Assembly: GCF_009914755.1 (NCBI RefSeq)
Contig: NC_060925.1
Direction: 5' to 3' (one strand)
Origin: the human T2T-CHM13v2.0 reference genome, Homo sapiens
Length of the DNA stretch: 64,000 nt
A program made the position numbers and the translations under genes. The notes beneath the pieces were generated by a model, which searched no databases, was not told the DNA's origin, and saw only the letters and a program-made list of their open reading frames with translations. Each line of letters opens with the position of its first letter. Positions within the stretch are counted from its first letter, which is position 1. This document shows, piece by piece, positions 38,600 to 63,293 of this stretch.

Positions 38600-40453
38600 A
38601 TGTCATCATTACCAACTTCAGATGGGTTTAACCATCCCGCCCGTTCTTCAGGACAGAGTCCTGATGTTGGTAATCCTATGAGTCTTGCTCGCTCTGTCTC
38701 TGCTTCAGTCTGCCCTATCAAGCCCAGTGACTCAGATCGCATTGAACCTAAAGCTGTGAAGGCTTTGAAGGCTTCAGCTGAATTCCAGCTAAACTCTGAA
38801 AAGAAAGAACATCTTTCTTTACAAGATCTTTCTGATCATGCTTCCTCAGCAGACCATGCTCCAACAGACCAGAGTCCAGCTATGCCTATGCAGAATTCAT
38901 CCGAAGAAATAACTGTTGCAGGTAATCTGGAGAAATCTGCTGAAAGAAGCACCCAGGGCCTCAAATTTCATCTCCATACAAGACAGGAAGCTAGTTTATC
39001 TGTCACATCTACTAGGATGCATGAACCACAGATGTTTCTAGGTGAAAAGGATTGGCATCCAGAAAATCAGAACCTGAGTCAAGTGAGTGACCCTCAGCAG
39101 CACGAAGAACCAGGGAATGAACAGTATGAGGTTGCACAACAAAAAGCTTCACATGACCAAGAATATCTTTGTAACATAGGGGACCTTGAGCTTCCTGAAG
39201 AAAGGCAACAGAATCAACACAAAATTGTTGATTTGGAAGCTACGATGAAAGGAAATGGGCTCCCACAGAATGTGGATCCTCCAAGTGCGAAGAAAAGTAT
39301 TCCATCTTCAGAATGCAGTGGCTGCTCAAATTCAGAAACATTTATGGAAATCGATACAGCTCAACAGTCCCTAGTTACTTTGCTTAATTCAACAGGCAGG
39401 CAGAATGCCAATGTCAAGAACATTGGTGCATTGGATCTCACTTTAGATAATCCCTTGATGGAAGTAGAAACATCAAAATGTAACCCTTCATCTGAAATTT
39501 TGAATGATTCCATTTCCACTCAGGATTTACAGCCCCCAGAAACTAATGTTGAAATACCTGGAACAAATAAAGAATATGGCCATTACTCCTCTCCAAGTCT
39601 CTGTGGCAGTTGTCAGCCTTCTGTGGAGTCAGCAGAAGAATCTTGCCCGTCTATAACGGCAGCCTTGAAAGAACTTCATGAACTTTTGGTTGTTAGCAGT
39701 AAACCAGCTTCAGAAAATACATCTGAAGAAGTAATCTGTCAATCAGAAACCATAGCTGAGGGCCAAACCAGTATTAAAGACCTTTCTGAAAGATGGACCC
39801 AAAATGAGCATCTTACCCAGAATGAACAGTGTCCACAAGTCTCCTTTCATCAGGCCATATCTGTATCAGTGGAGACAGAAAAATTAACAGGTACTTCATC
39901 TGACACTGGAAGAGAAGCTGTAGAAAATGTAAACTTCAGGAGTCTAGGTGATGGCCTGTCAACCGATAAGGAAGGTGTCCCCAAATCTAGGGAATCCATA
40001 AATAAGAACCGTTCTGTCACTGTAACCTCAGCTAAAACATCCAATCAGTTACACTGCACCTTAGGTGTAGAAATTTCACCCAAACTTTTAGCAGGTGAGG
40101 AGGATGCACTCAATCAGACTTCTGAGCAAACTAAGTCTTTGTCATCCAATTTCATATTGGTTAAAGACTTAGGTCAGGGCATACAGAATTCAGTAACAGA
40201 CAGGCCTGAAACCAGAGAAAATGTCTGTCCTGATGCTTCGAGGCCATTACTTGAATATGAACCACCTACCAGCCATCCATCATCAAGTCCTGCCATTCTT
40301 CCACCATTGATTTTTCCTGCCACAGATATTGACCGCATTCTCCGTGCTGGCTTTACTTTGCAGGAAGCTCTTGGAGCTTTGCATCGAGTTGGTGGGAATG
40401 CAGACCTTGCACTTCTTGTTTTGCTCGCAAAAAACATCGTAGTTCCTACATGA
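38600..40453 (+). CDS. RSC1A1: RSC1A1 (RS1, regulator of SGLT1), 617 aa, uninterrupted ORF with C-terminal UBA domain
   Basis: Within ORF 38555..40453 the first ATG is at 38600 (gggaATGt) and gives 617 aa, MSSLPTSDGFNHPARSSGQSP... It carries the known RS1 motifs QSP (x2), SDSDRIEP and QCP, an amphipathic LKELHELLV helix, and a UBA (TDIDRILRAGFTLQEALGALHRVGGNADLALLVLL, ~40322-40430). Confidence 0.96.
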   Translation: MSSLPTSDGFNHPARSSGQSPDVGNPMSLARSVSASVCPIKPSDSDRIEPKAVKALKASAEFQLNSEKKEHLSLQDLSDHASSADHAPTDQSPAMPMQNSSEEITVAGNLEKSAERSTQGLKFHLHTRQEASLSVTSTRMHEPQMFLGEKDWHPENQNLSQVSDPQQHEEPGNEQYEVAQQKASHDQEYLCNIGDLELPEERQQNQHKIVDLEATMKGNGLPQNVDPPSAKKSIPSSECSGCSNSETFMEIDTAQQSLVTLLNSTGRQNANVKNIGALDLTLDNPLMEVETSKCNPSSEILNDSISTQDLQPPETNVEIPGTNKEYGHYSSPSLCGSCQPSVESAEESCPSITAALKELHELLVVSSKPASENTSEEVICQSETIAEGQTSIKDLSERWTQNEHLTQNEQCPQVSFHQAISVSVETEKLTGTSSDTGREAVENVNFRSLGDGLSTDKEGVPKSRESINKNRSVTVTSAKTSNQLHCTLGVEISPKLLAGEEDALNQTSEQTKSLSSNFILVKDLGQGIQNSVTDRPETRENVCPDASRPLLEYEPPTSHPSSSPAILPPLIFPATDIDRILRAGFTLQEALGALHRVGGNADLALLVLLAKNIVVPT

Positions 40454-40736
40454 CTGTGGGAAAGTGGGCTAGACCGTTCTCCATTCCCTTTAAACAAAAG
40501 AAAGCTCTCTCTATATACACGCACACATACACACTCACCACATATACAGTATATATAGAAACCTGCAAGCAGAATGTTGAGCCAGATTTTTTTTAAAGAT
40601 TTTTTTCGGCCAAAGTAATTTATGATCTTTTGTCTGATGAATTTGTCTATCCTACTTGTTAAAATTTAGGCCTTTTTAAATGTATTGGCAGTATGTGCAT
40701 ACAGAAGCTTTTTATTCTCATTAAGATGTATCCTGG

Positions 40737-40742
40737 AATAAA
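40737..40742 (+). terminator. Proximal polyadenylation signal after the RSC1A1 ORF
   Basis: AATAAA ~285 nt after the stop, with TGTA elements upstream (40681, 40727) and GU-rich ttttgtgtgt downstream. Confidence 0.75.
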
Positions 40743-42809
40743 ATGGATGGTTTTGTGTGTAGCATACTGTTTTAGAATGAGAGTAAATGCTTTGAAAAGC
40801 AGAAGCCATGAGAAATCCCACTACCCATCCAGCTAAAAACAGATGAACTCTCCACACTGTGACTGTGTGTCTGTGCTGATGGCAAGGTATGGTTTGCTGG
40901 CTCAGTTGTCAATTTAGAAACTTTTGACCACATAATTTGGTGTTTGGAATTCTACCCAGTGCTCTGTGTATCATGATTCATTAATTATAACAGGAAATTG
41001 GAGAATAATTGAATATCTTATCGTAGAGTGGTATGTTTTTATTTGTGTGCTTAGGATTTGACATTTTAATAGGGCGAGCAGGAGGGTTTAAATCTTGGGC
41101 TACTTTGTGCATCACAGGCTGCTGCATGGATTGCCATGAATCCTTATTACATTGGATGGGATATTGTGGGGGAGTTACAATGCAAGTGAAACATGGTGCT
41201 ACCCAGATTCTTAAAAGAACAGAACAACCATAATTCCATTTGCAGATGTCAAGAACTGTGAGGGAAAAATAATGGCCTAAACACTGGAATTTGCTAGAGT
41301 TTGGGTTTGCTAGCATCTCACTGATAACACCTCAACCCTTAATGACTAATGGTGGAATTAAGTTCAGGAATGGATTCATTGCCAGCAGCTTATTTCCTTT
41401 CTAGACTCTTCTGCCAGGAAGTTCTTCAAACGCTCAGTGTGAGCTGTGATCTGAGTGAAATACTAAGTGTGATAACCTTGTCACTGGTTAATCTTGGTGC
41501 TTGGAACGGTCAGTCTATTTGGAGAGTGTCCTTTGTGGCAGTGGAAATAGTAATTACAGTTTCTGACTTAAGTGGCCTTGGTAGAGTTTTCCATCCTTTT
41601 CTTTCCTCAGGAGTTTCTTTTTTAAGCAAAATTCATCTTATTTGTGTTTACCATGTCAAGTTAGAGTGGGGCATAATATATAGATGTATTTATTGTGGCC
41701 TTTTTTTATATAAGGACTAGCCCTTGGAAATCATTGTCCTGTGGGCCCCACTGTGCAATAATCCTACTGGATAGGTTTTAGATAATTCTTTCCTGGCAAA
41801 CTGCTCTTTTGGGTACCTAGCAGGAATCTGAAGTCTTGGTTTTATTGAAAAGAATTTTGAGATTCATAATTTCTGATTCTAGATTATAGTTTGTAACATG
41901 TTTGAAACAGAAGCTTCGAAAGAGTGATTTCTCAACTTAGTGTTAAATGATTTTGTCTGAAGTCTGACTCTTTGTAAGCTTGTTTGTTTCATCAAATTTT
42001 AAGTCATTGAGCACAATCAAAATGGAGGCTCATATCTCAGGAGTTTTTGAAATTTTAATTTAGGGGCACTTAGAGACATTTTTTTCTACCCCATCCAACT
42101 TCTTTCTTTCCTTTTGCTATGATGTTTGTATGTATGTTATAAGACTTTAGTGATGGGATGGCGTGTCACGTAGATTCATCATGATCCTTTATGTAGTTAG
42201 GAAATGGTTGACAGAAGGAATTGTAGTTTACTGCTTTTCAGAGGGCGTGAAGAACAACAGGTCAGCCAGGTTGTCTTTAAGATGTTCTTTTAGACAGCTG
42301 CACATTGTAGACCCTTTCACCTGCCCTACACCAAAGATGTACGATGCACTAGGAAACTGCTCATAGGATTTCTGTCAGCTGACTTAAAGCTGTGATTGTA
42401 ATTAAATAGTTGGTGCTATGATTGATGCAAAATCTAGTAGCAATGCAATGGGACCCTGTATTTGCTTTATGGGTGGTGGTTTGGGAATGTATTCTAAGCT
42501 TATAAATCTTTGGAACCACGGGGTGGGAAGGGTGGGGGAACTTACTGATGACAATAGACTCCCTCCTAAAGGGCCTTCCATGTAAGCAGAACGAACCTTG
42601 GCACACAATTCAGTGTGGATATTTGGGAAACAGTTCCAAGTGGAATATATAATATCAGTCGGGAAAAGATTTCATTAGGATAGCTTTTTGTGTATGTATA
42701 TGTATATTTATTTTTAGGAATAGATCTATAGTTGTACATGAATTCCTGTTAGGAATACTCTGAATGAGCTTAACCCACTTGCCAAATATCCTTGTCCCTT
42801 CCATCATTT

Positions 42810-45949
<3,140 letters not shown>

Positions 45950-47754
45950 TTTTTTTTTAAATGGAATCAGAGAAACCAACAAAATATGTAACATGTATAA
46001 ATGCCTGAGGAGATCAGTTATTGAGAAATCCATTTACAATGCTGGAGGAGAGGGGATGGCCAGGAAAGAAGTGCAACAAATAAATGGAAGATGACCCTAA
46101 AAATGCACCAGTGACAGTCAGTCAATCCATCAGACCACCTCACATGCAGGGTAGAAACATGGAGTGTGCGGCAGCATCCTCCTCACATCCCTTTGTGAGC
46201 ACGGCTGCTCCGGAATACTGACCATCTGGGCTAGCACGACTTAGCAGAGGGTTCTGCAGGATGTGCTATTTTAAAGCAGCTGGGTGCAACTTGTGAAAAC
46301 GGGAATCTAGAGCAGAACATGTAATCAGCGATGGCTGGGATTGGTGGACAGGATTGACAGGAGTATTTGAGGCTCTACCAGGCCTGTCTACAGGACAGCT
46401 TCATCAAAGGGACATTTTTTAACCTGTTATTTTAAATGCCACATATATGTTGTAATGCTGAAGCATACAGGTAGAATTTCTGGATCGTAACTACTAGTGA
46501 CTTCTGAGGTTTACAGTTAGAAAATGTTCTCAAAGGTTTATCAGTTATGTATTGATGATTGGTAATCTAGACCCTCTGGAGGCTGTAGAATGTGAAAAGA
46601 TACAGCTGAGCTGACAAGTTTTAGGGCACTATCTTCTGGAATGAAATCGGCCAAGAAAATGGTTCAAGGGCATGGGGGTTAGAGAATGTTTCTTTTACCT
46701 AAAAATGTTAAGCCAACTATGGAAGATTGGGGTCGTGGGGGCATGAAATACAAAATTATGATAATTTATACAGAACTAGGTTTCTTTATGTTCTGCAAGA
46801 AGGTTTTTATTAGCTAATTTGGGGAGGGGGGCATGCTGCAGTATTTTTTTTCCTGGGAACATGCATTTCTGATGGGAAGTTATTTTGTTTACAAGAGTTG
46901 GTTTTACACACAACCCTGAATGAATGTGTCTATGGCCTAAAAATGGTAGACCTGTATTTCCTTCCCGAGGCAGGCTGATTCGTTTCCTGATTCCTTCTGT
47001 CTGAGATTACCTGATGCTGACCAGACTTATTTTTCCTTTCCTGAATCTTCACAGCTGAGTTTATGGCACCCATCCAAGACCTTCCCATTTGAATGACTAG
47101 ATTTCTATTCTATCCCCGATCATCCTTTTGAAATAGTTCTAGTGATAAACTCAGAGAAATTCAATATATTGATTGAATTTTATTTTTTCGCTTTGTATCT
47201 ACAACAGAAATTGATTTGTTCATTTTTATTTCAAATCTCTTCATGGCAAGTTGGGCTAATGGACTTTGCACTCAAGAAAGGTTTGTTTACCAGTTTTGTA
47301 GCCATGTTTGGCAAATCTTAGCAACTAGAAACCCCGTCCTTTCTTTTCCTTCTTTATATGTTCTTGCAGTTACTCTTGTATTGCAAGATTTTCTGACTTT
47401 AAGCTTTGAGACTACTGCATCTTAAAAGAAGAACTAGGCTGACTGGCAAAAAGTCTTGCCAGTGGCCCTGTCACTCCCATGATGCTTTGGTTTTGAGAGT
47501 TGGGAAAACTCTGAGAACTTAAGGGAACCAAACTCAGGAATCCCAAAATTGGTGGCATTGTGCCATTCGTTTAGGGGCTGAACATAGGACCTGTCTGAAA
47601 CTGAGTGAGCTAGATGCATTTGGGTTTGAATTTTTGTCACATACTGAAATGTAAGTCAGCCCTAAATAATCAAAACACTTTATTTTATTTTTCTTTTTTT
47701 AAATAGGAACTTTCTGAAGAAAAAGTGGTGTGTAAAACATTTGATATTTAAGAC

Positions 47755-47760
47755 AATAAA
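47755..47760 (+). terminator. Distal polyadenylation signal of DDI2
   Basis: AATAAA preceded by U-rich and TGTA elements and followed by a U/GU-rich tract; repeat-dense DNA resumes shortly after. Confidence 0.75.
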
Positions 47761-48066
47761 GTTTTTATCATAAGACTTCTGTTTGATCAATTTCTTTTAA
47801 ATTGAGGTGGTTACTTCAGTTAGACAAGGTGGTGTCCTTGTCTCTATCTCCCTACTCCTTTAAATAGCTTATACCCAGACATTGTAATTTATGGCGTGTA
47901 CCTGAACCCCAGAAGAAGTGGGCCTCTCAAAGCCATTAACTTCCAGATTAGTACTGCGGGAGGACAGCTCCCTGCTGATGTAAAAGATGCGCATTTTGGG
48001 CCAGGCACGATGGCTCACACCTGTATTCCCAGCACTTTGGGAGGCCGAGATGGGCGGATTACTTCA

Positions 48067-48261
<195 letters not shown>

Positions 48262-48279
48262 TTATAATAATAGCAATGG

Positions 48280-48500
48280 AGTATGGTGGCCAAGACTAGA
48301 TTCTAGAGCTAGGCTGATTGGGTTTGAGCTTTGCCACTTACTGGTTTATATGACTGGGTAAGTTACCTAACCTTTCTGTGCTTGAGTTTCCTCACCTGTT
48401 AAATGGGGACCATCAGAGAGATTATGGGGCTTAAATGAGTTAATCATATGAAGTGCTTAGAATACCTGGCACAAAGTAAGTGCTCATGAGATGTGAGCTG
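48280..48500 (+). mobile_element. MIR SINE
   Basis: gccacttact...gggtaagttacctaacctttctgtgcttgagtttcctcacctgttaaatgggg...gtgcttagaatacctggcaca. Confidence 0.75.
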
Positions 48501-48599
48501 GTATTCATTATGTCACTCAAGGGATTTGAGGATGCTACATGGAATTTCCAGAAGTCAAGTGCTTTGTCTAACAGACTGATGTGGGGGAAGGGCTTTGCC

Positions 48600-48810
48600 C
48601 CATGTAGGTTCCAGGCTACCAGGATTCTGTCTTTTTCAACATGTGGGTTCCAAGATTGCCTTGGACGTCAGCATCCAGCTGGCACACCAGGGAAAGGGGT
48701 GTTATGTACCAGGCCTGGAAGTGGTGTGCATGACTTTTCTGCCCACATTCACTGGCTGGAACTCAGTCACATGACCATGCCAGAAGCAAGCGGGGCTGTG
48801 AAATAGATGT
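48600..48810. mobile_element. MLT1-like MaLR LTR fragment
   Basis: aggcctggaagtgg...tgcccacattcactggctggaactcagtcacatgacc...ggggctgtgaaatag. Confidence 0.45.
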
Positions 48811-51195
48811 TCAGGCTGATGAGGGGTACAGCTAGTTGGTTGGCTAAGCAGTCCTCCAATGTTGACTTACACAGACAGAGACAACACATACCTTTTCACC
48901 AAAGGAGATGGCCCCAAATCCCACCCCAGGCAATCCATTGACCTCAACGTCCAGAGTTCCCTGATGCCACGTCTTTCAGGTCTTGATTGTGGCCCCTTAA
49001 GGTCTGGCAAACTCTGAACTTGGAAATGTTATCTGTTTCTACCCGATAGACAGTGATAGAGCTGGGATAGAATAACTGTAGTAGCAGATCTCAATTGGAA
49101 AAGGAAATGGGAAATGGAGGTGTCACTGGCCCCAACAATTAGAAAATCATGCTGAACAGGCTGAGTGTGGTGGCTCACGCCTATAATTCCAGCACTTTGG
49201 GAGGCCGAGATGGACGTATCATGAGGTCAGGAGATAAGACCATCCTGGCCAACATGGCAAAACCCCGTCTCTACTAAAAATACAAAAACTAGCTGGGCAT
49301 GGTGGAGCGTGCCTGTAATTCCAGCTACTTGGGAGGCTGAGGCAGAATTGCTTGAACCCGGGAGTCAGAGGTTGCAGTGAGCCGAGATTGTGCCACTGCA
49401 CTCCAGCCTGGTGACAGAGTGAGACTCCATCTCAAAAACAAAAACAAAAAAAAATCGTGCTGAACAGACATTGTGAAGAAGTTTATTAAAAATTCTGATT
49501 GCCTAGTTTGAAGGAAGTCCCTTGTCCATTGTCCATAGCCCCACCTGAATTGAGTCTGCTCTTGGGAGTTGGCGTGGCCTTCTTAGCTAGCTTACTGCTT
49601 GGTGCAAGCCTGGGGATCCGAGGGTTGTCTAAAGCCTTGGAAGAGTCAGTGGCTTTTAAAACCTGAGTGTGTGGTTAATTTGGGAAAACAATTTACTTGG
49701 TAGACTTCTGATTATTCACTTGCAGCCATTTCTGCATGCCAGTAACCACACTAGCAATTCTTGCCTCTACACAGTTTTCAGGTCTGATTAATTTTGCTTC
49801 TCACTTCTAGTTCGTTCTCAGTGACACCTGCCTTGACTTCATCTGAAGTATATTTGAATGGGAAAACCCGAATAGATGATTTTTGCTGCAGGCCTGAGTC
49901 TTACTGGGCCTTAGTATTCAAAGCCTGTTTCAAACTTAGCTCTTATCTGGGATCTAAAAGGAAATTTTTTTTTTTTTTTTGAGACGGAGTCTTGCTCTGT
50001 CACCCAGGCTGGAGTGCAGTGACATGATCTTGGCTCGCTGCAACCTCAGTCTCCCGAGTTCAAGCGATTCTCCTGCCTCAGCCTCCCAAGCAGCTAGGAC
50101 TACAGGCACGCGCCACCACACCCAACTAATTTTCGTATTTTTAGTAGAGACAAGGTTTCACCATATTGGCCAGGCTGGTCTCGAACTCCTGACCTCATGA
50201 TCCACCCGCCTCAGCCTCCCAAAGTGCTGGTATTACAGGCATGAGCCACCACACCCAGCCTATCCTAAAGCTTTCTAAATGATGTGTCTGTGCTTTAAGT
50301 GATTAAAAATTAACCATTTTCAGACTCTTAGAGATACCCTAGGGTGTTAACCAGTGTAGAGTCATTACTTTGTGTATAGATTTGTGCCATGGGGCCTTTA
50401 TTTGAGAGGATTTCTATGTACACAGACAAGGTAGTTTAAACAGGGAGTAGCTTAGACAAATCTCACCTTGTTCTGCTATTCTCACCTGTCTAAAAAGAAT
50501 TATGAGAACAAAGGCTATTACTAGTTGGAGGTAAGAAATAATTATTCTGTCATTCAGATCTCAATCTTTTGATATTCAGTTCCATTTGAAATGAGATTTC
50601 TAGTACTTCACAGAGCTCTTATTTACAGTACAATTATAGTAGGAATTGTGAGACATTAGTTATTAGTGGAAAGAATTAGTGGTCCTTGGCACAGAGAAAG
50701 GGGAATTCGCTGCATCTTTATTTTTAAAAAGACTAAAGGTATCAAGAGAATAAATGTATTTGGGGTTTTATGGCAGAAGTCTGTGTCTACAGCTTGGGGG
50801 AGGAAAAATCTAAGAAAAGAGAAGTGGGGCCGGGCACAGTTACTCACACCTGTAATCTCAGCACTTTGGGAAGGCTGAGGCAGGAGGATCTGATCACTTC
50901 AGCCCAGGGGTTCAAGGCTGCAGTGAGCTATGATGGCGCCACTGCACTCCAGCCTGGGTGACAGAGAGATACCCTCTCTCACAACAACAGAAAAAAAGGC
51001 CAGGCGCAGTGGCTCACGCCTATAATCCCAGAACTTTGGGAGGCCGAGGCAAGCAGATCACCTGAGGTCAGGAGTTTGAGAACAGCCTGGCCAACATGGT
51101 GAAACCTTGTCTCTACTAAAAATACAAAAATTGGCTGGACACGGTGGCTTATGTCTGTAATCCTAACACTTTGAAAGTCTGAGGTGGGCGGATCA

Positions 51196-53483
<2,288 letters not shown>

Positions 53484-53779
53484 TACATTTAAAAGTAAAA
53501 ATACAAGGGAATAGAATAAATGTTCAAGAAAAGAACATCATTCTAAATCTCTCAAAATATGTAGCAAGCAGAACATATTGTCATCTTATATAAAAACGCC
53601 AAATTGTCACGAGACACTGCTTCCTTGTTTAGAGCTGTTAGTGTTCTAATGGGATTAACCAACTACCAAGCCTTATCTATGGAACCAGTGTGGCTTGGTT
53701 CCTTCTAGAACGTTACCAAAGGCCAACATTTTCCCTGCTTGACCCCAGATGTGTGAAAGTGAAGTGCCCTGAGCCAGAA

Positions 53780-55658
<1,879 letters not shown>

Positions 55659-56218
55659 TCACAGAGCAGGAGCACCGTTGTCTTGGACAAACACCACTTT
55701 ACGTTCCAGCTCCCTTTCAAACCTCATGCGTCTTAAGGAAATCACTTCTCTTCTAATGACAAGCAGCCAGAAAGAGCAGACAGTAAGCACAGATAAGACA
55801 GCTCAGGCACAGAAGGAGGGAGAAAGTCTCGGGTAACCACCCAACTTCACACTCATACAATGAGCCCCAGTAAAACAGTGGGCCCTAATAAGCACATTCC
55901 TTTCCCTCTAGGTGCACTAAGATAAGGAAGCTAAAAGCAGACTCAGGGGGTGGGGGGATGCCTGCAGCTGCAGGAAGATGTATGGGAACAGACACACAAC
56001 TCTCCCTCCCAGGTAAGCAAGACAAAGAGACACAGAAACATTCCGAGCCTGTGATAAGCTCTCCCACCCTGAACTCTTAAATACTCATAGTCTGTAAGAG
56101 AAAAGGCTCCTGACCTAAGTTGGCCAGAAGCCCCTCTCAGGTTTATACTCCAAAATAAGCCCATGTTTGACTGTTAAGCCACTTTTCATGTTTCTTTCTT
56201 CTTTCTTCAACTCTTACA
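55659..56218 (+). mobile_element. Solo ERV LTR (~560 bp; family not assigned) inserted in the 3' end of an L2
   Basis: CCACT duplicated at 55654-55658 and 56219-56223; ends ...CTTACA; TATA-like cttaaata and polyA-like aataag in LTR order; the flanks rejoin as an L2 tail. Confidence 0.75.
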
Positions 56219-56479
56219 CCACTCAGATATGTTTTGAAAGAACAAATCCAGGAACACCATTTTGCTGCCTCAGTTTCCTGACTTCAAAGGCCCTGAGAGG
56301 CTGCCATAAGTGGGGTGACATAGCTAGTGGCAGAAGTGTGCCTGAAACCGAGACAGGTCAGTGAGGCCAGTTGAGAGATTCTAGCCCCAGTGACTGCTGA
56401 TGCTGAGTTTAATGTAGATTTAAGGCAGATTACATTCAGGGGGGTTAGTATGCTTGCGGACTTCTATGTGAGGTAGGTT

Positions 56480-61400
<4,921 letters not shown>

Positions 61401-62189
61401 CTATTTTGGGTCTCTCCTTGGGAAACTAAGGGGCTGGGGAGCGACCTTTGGAGGCTTGTGGGGTCCCTCTGAGATAAGCAATGAATCAGTATTTCAGATG
61501 CTAAGGGGACTTCAGGGATGGGGTGGCCTGAGCAGAGAAGAGGGAAGACCAGGGAACCAGAGTTGAGAACTGGGGTGTCTGAGAATAAAAAGGAGGGACT
61601 AATCTATGTGTCAGGATATATTTATTTGGGAACTTAAGGAGGGAAGAGAGCCAGGTAGGAGACTGACACCTCTAAGTGCAGGGGCTTTATGAGATGGTGG
61701 ATTTGAGGAGGGTGTGTGGGAAGAGAGTTGTTACGGTGGGTTTCAGGGGCTGAGGGAGTTGAGGCCCTTGGGATACGTGGGGCTGAAGAAGAGGGATAAG
61801 GATAAGGAGTGGGAATGGGGCATTGGGGCTGAAGGTGAGGAGGGTGTGTTTTGGGGGTGGGGAGGAACACCAGGGACCTCAAATGTAGGACTGGGCCTTG
61901 AGGGTGAGGCACTGAGGAGGGGAGGCTGTGGAGGGCCAGGGGGCCCAGGGAGGGTCTAGGGCTGGGGACTGGAGTCTAGGCTGACCCGGTGGGGGTGCTG
62001 GGTCCTCCAGGCTGCGAAAGCCAGGGGGCCTGGGTCTGCACATTGAGGGGGTGGCTGGGCTAAGGAAGGGGAGGAAGATAAGTGGGGCTTGCGGGCTAAG
62101 AGGGTCTTGGGGTCCCTGGCCAGAGTTAGTGGGGTGCACTGGGGTCTCCAAGGAGGGGTCTGTGGACTAAAGAGGGCCGGCGGGAGGGG

Positions 62190-62960
62190 GCCCAGGGTCT
62201 GTGGGTGTCTCGAGTCTCTGAGGAGGGCCGGGGTCTCAGGGTCTGTGGGGGTCTCTGGCCTGTGGGGTCGGAGTCTCCAGAGTCCTTGGGGCCTGTGGGA
62301 GTCTCTGGGGTTTTGTGGGGGGATCCTGTGGGCTGAGGAGGGCTGTGGGGAGGGTCTCAGGGTCTCTGGGGAGGGCCAGTGCCTCGGGGTCTTTGGGGGT
62401 CTCTGAGGAGGGCTGGGGGCCCAGGGTCTGTGGGGGTCCCCAGCAGGTGGGGTTGGGGTCTCCGGAGTCCCTGGAGTCTGAGGGTGTCTCTGAGGTCCCA
62501 GGGGGGAGTCTATGGCCTGAGGGCTGAGGGGGAGGGTCTCCAGGGTCTCTGAGGAGGGCCGGTGTCCCGGGCAGGCGGGGTCGGGGTCTCCGGAGTTCCT
62601 GGGGTCTGAGGGTGTCTCTGGGGTCCCTGAGGGAATCTGTGGGCTGACGAGGCCTGGGGGAGGGTCTCCGAGGAGGGCCGGGGTCCCAGGGTCTGTGGGG
62701 GTCTCTGGCAGGCGGGGTCGGGGTGTCCGGAGTCCCTGGGGTCTGAGGGTGTCTCTGGGGTCCCTGAAGGAATCTGTGGGCTGAGGAGGGCTTGGGGAGG
62801 GTCTCTGAGGAGCCCCGAGGTCCCCGGCAGGCGGGGTCGAGGTCTCTGGCGTCCCTGGGGTCTGAGGGTGTCTCTGGGGTGCCGGGGAGAGTCTGTGACT
62901 TGAGGAGGGCTGGGGGCGGGTCTCGGGGTCTCTGGGGAGGGCCGCGGCCAAGGGTCTGTG
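62190..62960 (+). repeat. Degenerate G-rich tandem repeat (~120-185-bp spacing, ~5 copies) upstream of PLEKHM2
   Basis: Core gcaggcggggtcggggtctccggagtccctggggtctgagggtgtctctggggtccc recurs at ~62258, 62443, 62571, 62708 and 62827. Confidence 0.8.
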
Positions 62961-63232
62961 CGGGTCTCCGGGTCCCCGGAGTCCCCAGGCGCAGGCGGGC
63001 CCTGGCGCCGCCCCGCCTGACATCAGTTCCTGCCGCCGCCGCCGCCGCGGCGCACAGCCCGCGGCCTCCTTCCCCGCCGGCCGCGCTCCGGAGCCTCCGG
63101 GCCGCGGTGGAGCGAGGGCCCAGGCGAGGCGAGGGCCGGGCGGCGGGCGCCGGGCCCCGCGGCCGGCACGACGGAGCCCCCGTACGGCCGGCGGCAGCGG
63201 TTGGCGGCGGCCCCCGGCCCCCGGCGCGGGAA

Positions 63233-63290
63233 GCGGCGGCGGGGCGGCGGCGGCGGCGGTGGCGGTGGCGGTGGCGGCGACGGTGGCAGC
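63233..63290 (+). repeat. Interrupted GGC/GGT trinucleotide repeat in the PLEKHM2 5'UTR
   Basis: gcggcggcggggcggcggcggcggcggtggcggtggcggtggcggcgacggtggc immediately 5' of the ATG. Confidence 0.85.
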
Positions 63291-63293
63291 GCC

